The notes beneath the pieces were generated by a model that was not told the origin of the DNA, ran no database searches, and saw only the letters and a list, made by a program, of their open reading frames with translations. Positions 49,755 to 59,000 of a stretch of 64,000 nucleotides of DNA are shown in pieces. Numbering within the stretch: the stretch's first letter is position 1; every line of letters begins with the position of its first letter. The position numbers were made by a program, and so were the translations under genes. Source of the DNA: a virus (lineage: Duplodnaviria; Caudoviricetes); IMG/VR virus record IMGVR_UViG_3300028591_000146, positions 30,040 through 94,039 of that record; one strand, written 5' to 3'.

Positions 49755-50535
49755 AAGTTTTAGAAACAATAATAAAGTTGTAGTGATAAGAGAGTATTGT
49801 GATGATGTCCCAACACAATTAAACGATATTCTTGAATATCTGTATAATATTGAGGATGTGATGAGTGACAACATTGAAAAACGAATAAAATTCGCACGTG
49901 GTCAGATAACATGGTCACCTGATAATTTTATATTCACAATTGACAGAGATAAAGTATTATCAACTAATGAAAATCTAGATGCTATAACAAAAATCATTGA
50001 TGATGCAAAAAACACCAATTCAAATTTGTATGCTATAGTGTATGACATAGTCGACGATTCAACAATATCACCAATGCTGTCAAATCCAAGATTACATATT
50101 CCGGTATTAACTCCGATACCGTGTAAACAGCTTATCTTTGAACATAATAAATTCATAATAATAGAATCATCTAAACCAGGATATGAAATCGTAGATAATT
50201 CAGAATTAATTCATTTTGACAATAATGAACATGTTGATCCAGAAACCAGTTCATTCTATTTAAAATATATGTGTCCGGCGTTTACACGTGACGTTCCATC
50301 AGATACATTTAGACCAGAAGGTTTATATGTATTAGATGAGGATGTTGACAAAATACAACCGACGTTGGATTATATTAATAAACGAATGATCAAATGTTGT
50401 GATTGTAAAAAGTCATTCTACTTAGATGATAATTATCGTCAGTGGTTTGATGATCGTAAGATGCCATATCCGAAACGTTGCAAACTGTGTGTTGATAAGC
50501 GACGTCATCGTGTGGAGGAAACAAAACATGAATAA
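49747..50535 (+). CDS. protein with C-terminal zinc ribbon
   Basis: CCDCKKSF...PKRCKLC. Confidence 0.7.
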   Translation: MNRSFRNNNKVVVIREYCDDVPTQLNDILEYLYNIEDVMSDNIEKRIKFARGQITWSPDNFIFTIDRDKVLSTNENLDAITKIIDDAKNTNSNLYAIVYDIVDDSTISPMLSNPRLHIPVLTPIPCKQLIFEHNKFIIIESSKPGYEIVDNSELIHFDNNEHVDPETSSFYLKYMCPAFTRDVPSDTFRPEGLYVLDEDVDKIQPTLDYINKRMIKCCDCKKSFYLDDNYRQWFDDRKMPYPKRCKLCVDKRRHRVEETKHE

Positions 50536-50941
50536 ACGTATAAAGAAAAAGAAGTCACCTCGTCTTTTGAATCCGGTAACGGTTGCATACATCGTTGCGA
50601 CAAAAATAAACACCCAGTGTCCGGGTTTCGCATCGGATTTTAAATTGACTCATCGAAACCTCAAAAGATGTTTGATGTATCATTACTATATATTCAAACA
50701 CAACCGGAAATCATTATCACATTTATACTATACAGAACCAACACTGAACAAACGTTATTACTCACCGGAATGTGTGTTTGATGCAATATGTAGATCTCAC
50801 AGACGGTATAATGGTGAACATGATCATCCGGTTGGTGGTGAACACACCATGTATACTTCAACGGCATCTGGTATTCAGTTTGCGCCACGCATTCATGATG
50901 GTAGAATCATCAGTGTTGATCTTTGTAAGGAGGAAAATTAA
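50528..50941 (+). CDS. basic hypothetical protein
   Basis: GGAGG RBS; MNKRIKKKK start. Confidence 0.65.
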   Translation: MNKRIKKKKSPRLLNPVTVAYIVATKINTQCPGFASDFKLTHRNLKRCLMYHYYIFKHNRKSLSHLYYTEPTLNKRYYSPECVFDAICRSHRRYNGEHDHPVGGEHTMYTSTASGIQFAPRIHDGRIISVDLCKEEN

Positions 50942-50943
50942 TT

Positions 50944-51663
50944 ATGTCTGAAAATAATAGAATAGAATCAAAAACATACATCTGTATCACACTCGACATC
51001 AATACACGTTTTATTGATGTGATCGATGTGTGCACAACCATTGAAGATGGTAAGATGGCATGTATGAAACATATGGATTCATTGGCAACAGATGATGGTC
51101 ATGTTGATGAAGTTCATTACACAAAATGGGAACCAACAAACGCAGATACCGGTATATGTATGAGATATACCTTCTATGATAAAGAGGACAATCCCAAGGG
51201 CTCAGGTATTTTGGTTATCATTGAATTTGTCCGTGATTTAACGGATATCATGAACAGATTAAAAGATACAAAGACTCTGGAACTGGATCTCAAAGTACCA
51301 TTTGCATACTCTACAAAACGTTTCAATTACAAGGTTCCTGATGATCTTTTAAAGTATGTAAAACCATCGGATGAAATCACTGACGGAGTTGCTGCACCAA
51401 TATTCAGGATGGGTGCCTTTAAATGGGGTGAACCATATGCAATAAAATTTATAATACCTGATATGGTTAAATCATCCACAAAGATTGTGTATGGTATTGC
51501 TGCATCGATATCAAAAGATTGTAAAGAGGTTACATTCTTAACAACACACAACCAGTACGGTGATCACATGTTCGGTAGACCACATGAAGTAAAAATATCA
51601 ATTGATCAGATATTAAAAGGTGGAATCGTTGACTCAATCACATATTGTGGTATAAACGAATAA
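50944..51663 (+). CDS. hypothetical protein (tandem paralog 1)
   Basis: Similar along its length to 51678-52385. Confidence 0.75.
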   Translation: MSENNRIESKTYICITLDINTRFIDVIDVCTTIEDGKMACMKHMDSLATDDGHVDEVHYTKWEPTNADTGICMRYTFYDKEDNPKGSGILVIIEFVRDLTDIMNRLKDTKTLELDLKVPFAYSTKRFNYKVPDDLLKYVKPSDEITDGVAAPIFRMGAFKWGEPYAIKFIIPDMVKSSTKIVYGIAASISKDCKEVTFLTTHNQYGDHMFGRPHEVKISIDQILKGGIVDSITYCGINE

Positions 51664-51677
51664 GGGGGTAAATACAA

Positions 51678-52385
51678 ATGGGATATATAGAAAAGGATAA
51701 CATCATCAGAAGCTACGTTTGTATTTCTGATGATACAGATACTGGTTTAATGCAAGTATTGGGTATTGTCGATTCGTACGATAAAGCACAAAGTATATGT
51801 ATGAAACATATGTTTGCAATTGTTGAAGACCTCGGTGATGATACCGCACAGGTTGCACATTCTATGTGGAAGATAATGGAACAAGAAACGGGAATGATTT
51901 TGCATTATTCAATAATCTCAGATCAGATTGCTCAACCTAACGGTCAAAATCTCATCATACTCATATATGACAGAGATATGAAGATGGTAACGGAAGAACT
52001 CAAAAAGATCAGAGGTATTTCAATTCCAGTTGAAGATGACATTGTAGACTACAAAGGACTTAACGCTCCTGTGAAGCCAAACAATGAATACATGGAATAC
52101 AATTTCCGATTCCTGTCAACAAAAATTCATAATGGTACAGAAAGTGTCATTATTAATGCAGCTGAATTCAGACGTGGAAGTCCATATATCATCATGCAGG
52201 CTGATGGACGTGTGGTGTATGGAATTGCAGCATATGGTAATAACGATCAAATGGTCTTCATTACCACAATTGATGATCCGAAAGATAAAAATTTCGGTAA
52301 ACCCAGAGAAATAACAATAACTGCAAAAGATCTTTGTAGTATAGTAAAAATAAAATATATCGGTATGTTAAAAGGAGAAGTATGA
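51678..52385 (+). CDS. hypothetical protein (tandem paralog 2)
   Basis: Shared CMKHM, VYGIAA, FG(R/K)P motifs. Confidence 0.75.
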   Translation: MGYIEKDNIIRSYVCISDDTDTGLMQVLGIVDSYDKAQSICMKHMFAIVEDLGDDTAQVAHSMWKIMEQETGMILHYSIISDQIAQPNGQNLIILIYDRDMKMVTEELKKIRGISIPVEDDIVDYKGLNAPVKPNNEYMEYNFRFLSTKIHNGTESVIINAAEFRRGSPYIIMQADGRVVYGIAAYGNNDQMVFITTIDDPKDKNFGKPREITITAKDLCSIVKIKYIGMLKGEV

Positions 52386-52933
52386 TGAATAACTTAACAA
52401 TGAGAAATGATAAACTGCTCCAGAAGCGTTTTAACGCGCTTAAAGCAGAAGCAGACAAAAAATATGCTGATGATCCTGAGATGGCAAAACAGGTAAAAGG
52501 AACATTATCAACAACCGCATTGGTTGTTTCCGGTCTTTGGGCAGAGTTTTATGGTGAGTTTAAATATGACTCACCATGGATTATGTCTTCTATGGGCAAT
52601 TCAACACCGTTCATCAAATCATTTTCTAATAAACATTTGACGAATATAGTATTGCTGAATTTGCCAAATGATGTAATAACATTATTTGTTATACCTGAAA
52701 TCAATAGAATCGAAATAATCATCGGTACAACTTCAGTTGCTGTGATAAAAATAGATGATACAAATGTTCATGTTAGCTTTGTTAAAGACAAGAAGTTTGA
52801 ATTATATAAGTTCGTAGAAGATCATGTCAAATCAGCGCTCGTAAAAATCAATCGTTTGATAGAAATGACTGATGGTATGTTTAATAATCAGACTGATACC
52901 GAAGAAGACGATGAATCTGATATAGACGAATAA
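52382..52933 (+). CDS. hypothetical protein
   Basis: AAGGAG RBS. Confidence 0.7.
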   Translation: MMNNLTMRNDKLLQKRFNALKAEADKKYADDPEMAKQVKGTLSTTALVVSGLWAEFYGEFKYDSPWIMSSMGNSTPFIKSFSNKHLTNIVLLNLPNDVITLFVIPEINRIEIIIGTTSVAVIKIDDTNVHVSFVKDKKFELYKFVEDHVKSALVKINRLIEMTDGMFNNQTDTEEDDESDIDE

Positions 52934-53069
52934 GAAGTATATTAACCCCGGGATATCCCGGGGTTAATAATACAACTTTTTGGGTGTGATTCTACCAACC
53001 ATAGAATCGGTCAACCCCAGTGTTAATATATATTTTCCGGTCTAGTTTACTTGATTGGAGATGATATAC

Positions 53070-53228
53070 ATGGATCAACTTTCACATGTTGTTATTCCAG
53101 ATAATCTGAATAGATTCACGAATAGCATCATAAAATGGTACAAAGAACATCCCACTGTTCATGTACCGAAACAGAATGAACCCACTATAATACCGATTGG
53201 TTCATCCGTTGGTTTTAGTAAACAATAA
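53070..53228 (+). CDS. small hypothetical protein (52 aa)
   Basis: GGAG RBS; MDQLSHVVIPDNLNRF... Confidence 0.4.
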   Translation: MDQLSHVVIPDNLNRFTNSIIKWYKEHPTVHVPKQNEPTIIPIGSSVGFSKQ

Positions 53229-53294
53229 AACCGATTCACTCGCATAAATGCATTCGATCCCGGAGAATATATATTATACATATAGTATACAGAT

Positions 53295-53603
53295 TTATTT
53301 ATTTAATTCAATCACGATTTGTTCCTGATTGAATTTGACATAACAATCGATGTACATCAAATCATTAGCTTTGTCATATGTTACTTCGTAATACTTGCCG
53401 TCTGGAAGAGATGTTGATATCATTGCTTTCTGATTTCCTAATATGTATCCGTGAGTAACCTCATATACATCATCGATACCGATCTCAACATTGTCAGTTG
53501 GATCAAGTTGACTTCTCACAACATCGAGTACAGCAAGTCTTGCGGTAGCAATAAAGTCAGTACTACCAAAGAAAGGCTTTTCGATCTTAATCACATTATC
53601 CAT
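53295..53603 (-). CDS. DUF6275-like phage protein
   Basis: NQKAMISTSLPDGKYYEVTYD...YIDCYVK. Confidence 0.65.
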   Translation of the reverse strand: MDNVIKIEKPFFGSTDFIATARLAVLDVVRSQLDPTDNVEIGIDDVYEVTHGYILGNQKAMISTSLPDGKYYEVTYDKANDLMYIDCYVKFNQEQIVIELNK

Positions 53604-53889
53604 TGCTTATATCCTCCACATCATGTTTGACACGATCACGTTCCTCGGCACGTTTACCGTCATTGAAACGATCCAGCGTGCCCACTAAATAGCCGGTGAT
53701 ACGACGAATTCTTACAAATGGGACTGAGTGTTTATGGATCTCCAAGTTTGCATATCCTTCATCATCAAAAGATATTATGATAGTATCGATGATTTCATCA
53801 GGATACTTCTTACGTGCATAATCCATATATGCTCTTCTTTCCTCTTCTGAGATCTCGGTGATATCATCCTGTTTGAAAATGACGTTCAT
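53596..53889 (-). CDS. stand-alone NrdD C-terminal glycyl-radical domain protein
   Basis: RIRRITGYLVG...FNDGKRAEERDRVKH. Confidence 0.8.
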   Translation of the reverse strand: MNVIFKQDDITEISEEERRAYMDYARKKYPDEIIDTIIISFDDEGYANLEIHKHSVPFVRIRRITGYLVGTLDRFNDGKRAEERDRVKHDVEDISNG

Positions 53890-53908
53890 AAAGAACCCTC
53901 CTAACGTA

Positions 53909-54916
53909 TTAAATCATATATTCAATAACTGGAATGTTGTCTATCCTACCGTCACCAAAGTCGTTCTTTACCTGATTAATGACACTTGTAACTGCACTTC
54001 TACACATGTCTTTGAACTCATTGAAAGTTTTCTGACAACGCTTCAGGAATTCAGAGAATACATTTGTTATGAAGTTAGCCTCAGATTTCTGTTCATCGGA
54101 ACTATTTTCCTGAGTACCTTCATAAACTTTCTTTACGATATTCTGTGTAACTTCTGAAACATGTTTATCGCTGAAGTTATTATTAACCATTGCGATTCTA
54201 CCCTGAACATGTTTGAATCTTTTGAATATATAAGTGATTGAAACAGCAGAACCTCTTTTGTTAACGAGTTTTACTGATTTATTGATACCATCGTGCATGA
54301 GATCATAAAAGTCTTTATTGAAAATTTCCTTCAGTATATCATTGTCAATTGACTTGGATTTTGATTTACTGGTTATACACTTTTCGTAGAGTTTACCGAT
54401 TGTATCACCCCAGTTCATAGTTCCAGCAGCCAGAGTTTCAGCAACATCTTCAAAATAGTTGAGAGAATCCTTATCGATATTAATGACTTTATCGTTATGA
54501 ACAGCTACTGGTTTCTTATTCAGAGCTTTTAAGGCTTTATTAATTGTCTCAGAGTTTTTCTCGGCTTCTTCCTTCATACGATTAATCTCTTTCGTCAATG
54601 GATCATTTTCCCATAGCTTATCAAGAAGATGCAGATAACCATCGAGAAGGAATTTACCAATTGCTATAAAGAAACGCGGTATTCCGAGGATTATCTTTAT
54701 AACGATAGGTTCTTTCTTACCGGATCCAGTTACATAGTCCTTCAGATCTCCGATCTCTTTCTTGAACCAGCTGTCTTTCTTAGCTTCCTGATAGAAACTG
54801 AGATTCTTTTCATACTCCATGTACATAGAACACAGTGTGTCCATGTCATGTGCTTCGCATGCAGATTCCATGAATGTCTCAAATGGATCCACATTTAATA
54901 AAATACATTCTTTCAT
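53909..54916 (-). CDS. putative internal head protein
   Basis: Acidic N-terminal propeptide-like region (FETFMES...YQEA) then amphipathic helix; paralog of next gene. Confidence 0.5.
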   Translation of the reverse strand: MKECILLNVDPFETFMESACEAHDMDTLCSMYMEYEKNLSFYQEAKKDSWFKKEIGDLKDYVTGSGKKEPIVIKIILGIPRFFIAIGKFLLDGYLHLLDKLWENDPLTKEINRMKEEAEKNSETINKALKALNKKPVAVHNDKVINIDKDSLNYFEDVAETLAAGTMNWGDTIGKLYEKCITSKSKSKSIDNDILKEIFNKDFYDLMHDGINKSVKLVNKRGSAVSITYIFKRFKHVQGRIAMVNNNFSDKHVSEVTQNIVKKVYEGTQENSSDEQKSEANFITNVFSEFLKRCQKTFNEFKDMCRSAVTSVINQVKNDFGDGRIDNIPVIEYMI

Positions 54917-54929
54917 ATAGATTTCCTCC

Positions 54930-55889
54930 TTAAGGTAGATCTCGATGGCTAATGCTTGGAAGGTCTATCATTATAAGGCTGCTACACAAATACCAAGCAT
55001 TGTTGAGTTCCTTAAAATAGTCTGATATAATAAATCGAATGCAACCCGCTTGTTTCTCTGTTAGACCTTTGGATTCAAGCGTGTCATAATCAAAATGTAT
55101 ATCATTTACCGCTTTATCGAGACGTTCGATTATATCACAAAATCTGTTATAATTATCAAAAATAGCATCCAAATAATCAATAACATTTGTCTTTGTACCC
55201 TGGTTGTAGTCATATTTTTGGTTAAATTTGTCAAAATATTTATAGAATATTTCTTCAATTCCAGATCGATCTTCGGTTTTTGTGTCTATTACTTCTTTTA
55301 AAAATGCTGTAAATTTATTATTTAAATTTACTGGAAGTTTTTCAAGAATATCCAAATTCTTGTTCATTAGTAACAATTTATCAGGATTAAAGTCAGTCTC
55401 GAATTTTGAAAGCTTTTTAATCAACTCTTCTCGTTTATCACTTTCAACTTTCAATTCTTCATACTTTTCCTTAGCTTCAGCAGCTTTGTCAGATTGCTCA
55501 AACATCTTTTTTTCTAAAATACGACCGACGTTCTTAAGCCACTCAGCATTTTTGTTAGCGCTTTTAAGTTTATAATCTGCAACATCGAGATCAGTTTTCA
55601 GTTTAAGAACCTCATCCTCAAGTTCTTTGATTCTGTTCTTATTTTTGTTTATCTTATTTTTTATTGCTCTAACAACAGCTTTTACAAGTCTTGGGATAAA
55701 CTTGATAATTTTGATAAGAAGGTTTTCATCTTTACCCTTACCAGTAGCAGCATCAAGTATCTTACCCTCTTGAATTATATCAGCTAATTCAGCGTAAGAA
55801 TCTGTCATCTCAGCAAACAGTTCAAGTTCATCACGATTGAGTTCTTCATCGTATGATTCCATGAACGTTTCAAAAGATTTAAGTTGCAT
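54930..55889 (-). CDS. putative internal head protein
   Basis: FETFMES...IQEG, IKIIKFIPRLVKAV, coiled coil. Confidence 0.5.
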   Translation of the reverse strand: MQLKSFETFMESYDEELNRDELELFAEMTDSYAELADIIQEGKILDAATGKGKDENLLIKIIKFIPRLVKAVVRAIKNKINKNKNRIKELEDEVLKLKTDLDVADYKLKSANKNAEWLKNVGRILEKKMFEQSDKAAEAKEKYEELKVESDKREELIKKLSKFETDFNPDKLLLMNKNLDILEKLPVNLNNKFTAFLKEVIDTKTEDRSGIEEIFYKYFDKFNQKYDYNQGTKTNVIDYLDAIFDNYNRFCDIIERLDKAVNDIHFDYDTLESKGLTEKQAGCIRFIISDYFKELNNAWYLCSSLIMIDLPSISHRDLP

Positions 55890-56076
55890 ATATCACACCT
55901 CATTCTATTTAAATTTATTATCAGTATCATAGATAATATGTTATTCGTTGGTTCGTTAGCTATTACTTTGAAAATGCATGTGAGGAATATATGCATGCAT
56001 TGCATAATAAGAAAGACAAAGTATCAGTAATAACACAATAATTTGAGGGGGCTTTATGCCCCCTCAATATATTTTT

Positions 56077-59000
56077 TTATTTTATTCCGTATACTGCGAC
56101 AATTAATGGTGTCCATGATGGAGATGATATTGACCATCCAGATGATGTCATTGTTGCAGTTTGTGTTTTTCGTCCTGCGGTGATATTGTATTTTCCAGTA
56201 GTCGAGCCACTTGTTATTTGAATGAAACCAGATGTCACTATACATGATCCTCCACCGGTTGTTGGACCTGCTCCTATGGTGATCGGGAAGTAATGAACAC
56301 CTATGATTTTCGGAACCTGTATTGTATAATGTTCATCTGATTCACCGTTAACCTTGAGAACGATTGTCAAGAACTTCACAGCACTATCAATTGTACAATT
56401 GCTAACGGTTGATGCAGCTGGTACTGATGACGATGTTGTTGCGATCGTATCAATAAGACTCATAGTGCCATTCATCATAGGAATTGTTATATTGTAATTA
56501 TCAGGACCAGGAACATCTGCAGGTTTCAATGTTACAGTGTCCATGGTTTCATCACCATCACCATGCATCTTGATCGAACCACCAATTGCACTACTGTCAA
56601 CTGTGTATGATTGACCAAGTTCAAGTTTTGAACCATAGATATCACGAACGTGAGCGTCATTAAACACCCATGTTGCAGTTCCCAGAGACGAATGTGGTGA
56701 TTTCATTGTACCTGCTGCGGCAGGAATAAATCCATAATTTGTTGTTCGGATCCATCCCTGAGTTCCGTCACCATCAGCTAATCCATAAAACGTGGTTGTT
56801 CCTTTTGCCTGTATTGTAGCTCTACCGGTTATTGGTGGAATTGTTATCGTGTATGCTGTACTACTCATGTATCCAATAATATCACAATATTGGGTAGATG
56901 TTGTATATAATCTGATACGTCCGCTCTTGTTACCTGCAGTACCAGATGCGGTTGTATTACCCAGAATCAATGTACTAACACCAGCAGACGATGTGGTTCC
57001 TTCTTTAGTACGATATGCAAGACCATTGTTCACAAAACGTTCCTTCACTCCTGCGGATGTATTATTACCACCAAATGAAATTGCATATGATGTTTCTGAT
57101 GATGGATTCTGTAATGTATGATAAACTAACGCATTGGTTGCATTTGCTGCAAACATCCAGTTGTTTATTTTATTACTGTAGAAACCATGGTTTGTACCAC
57201 CTGAGGCAACACCGAACCAACATGTTATTGATGTATCAGAACGTGATGCATAGTATCCAGTATCACCTGAAGTTTTTGTAATCTTGATATTACCTGTAAC
57301 ATCGGTCGAACCAATCAAAGGAATATATGCATCCCATCTGGATGATACAATATGACCTGTACCCGCGGGTAATGATGCAATACCATGCTGTGAACCTGTA
57401 ACTATCATATCCCACATTGGTGCGGTGGACACTCGTGTTCCTTCTGATAATATATTGAAACGCCATCCATCAGCACGTGTTGTGATCTTAACATAGATAT
57501 CAACAGTGCATGAATTTGTACCATTTGTATATACAACAACATAGTCTTCGGTATTGATACCAGTGCCTGTGAATATCCATTTGAATATACCTGATTCAAA
57601 ATGATAATCTGAACCTGTATGTATTTTAACTGCTAGGATACCTACGCATTGTTCATATGTTGACCATGTTTTTTGTACAAGAAATGTTGCTTCATGATCG
57701 GTGTAGTTACCAGTGATAGTGGTTGTTGCAATTTTATGCCATGGATATGATGCGAAATCTTCAGAATCATCAAGAACATGACCATATCGAGATGTGTAAT
57801 CTGTGTAGTTATCTTCAGTAATAAAGTTGCGCCATTTACAATCCGCATCAGACCAGTCTGCAGATGCGTTTTGAACACGATACTGTGGTGGTTTTACTTT
57901 TGAATATGAATTTGGTAAAAATAACTGTGCTTGATATTTACCAGTATTATCCCAATCCATGTTCAGGATATAACCATCACCAGCGGGTTTTCCTGATGTC
58001 ATTGCTGATGTTGACAATAACATTTGTAATGATGTATCGCCCTTGGTTGTTAAGTTTGCTGATGTCGGACGTGATGTTGAATATTGTGCAAGTTTACCAT
58101 GTAACACCGCATCTTGTTTCATTGTGATATTTGCAGTTGATGAATTAATAGTCAACGCATCGAAATACGTGTCAGTTGATGTTGTGTTTGATTGTATCTT
58201 TAAATGTCCACCAGAATCCTTGATTAGCCAATCATTCAAATTGTCTGTCAATGTACCACATTGGAATCTTAATGCTGGCGAGTCTCCTGATGCAGAATAC
58301 AATGTCAGACTACCCGTCATTGTATCACCAGCCTTAAGGACATAATCATCTGCATCATGAGTTACAATTGTTCCAAACCCCAAATCAGATGCCGTCGGTT
58401 TATTTGATGAATCATATATTTTACGCCATGAACCCCATGCAGTAGTACCATTAGAAGTTCTAACATATAATGGAGTTGTACGCTGATCTGAATTATGCGA
58501 TGGACCAGCAAGCTCCCATGCAGAGTATCCAGATGTCCAGCCTCGCATATGTAATATAGACCACCATTTACTTGTATCAGGAGTTCCAGTCTGATGGAAA
58601 TAAAAATTCGCCGCATTGTGACCATGTTCTGGATTTATAGTAACACTTCTACAATCATAAATATGATATCCACCGGTTGGAGCTGTTGATTGATTTTCAG
58701 TACCAGAACCATAAATCTGTGTTGCCGTAAGTGCTCCGGTTGATGGATTTACATATATTGAATTATTGCGAAGAATTGTGTCATTAACTGTTGCGGTTGT
58801 AACAGACGTTTGAGATTTTGCAATTAACAGAGGATGTTTCTCATTAGCAGAAGACAAGACCTGATCAACCTTAGTATCTGTATTTGTATTTGTTTCACAA
58901 TACAAATCTGTCGAAGTTCCATCGATAGTAATCGTACCAATTTTAGTTCCAGATGTTAATGAACGTGATATTGATACTTTGGAATAGTCCGTTGTGGATT

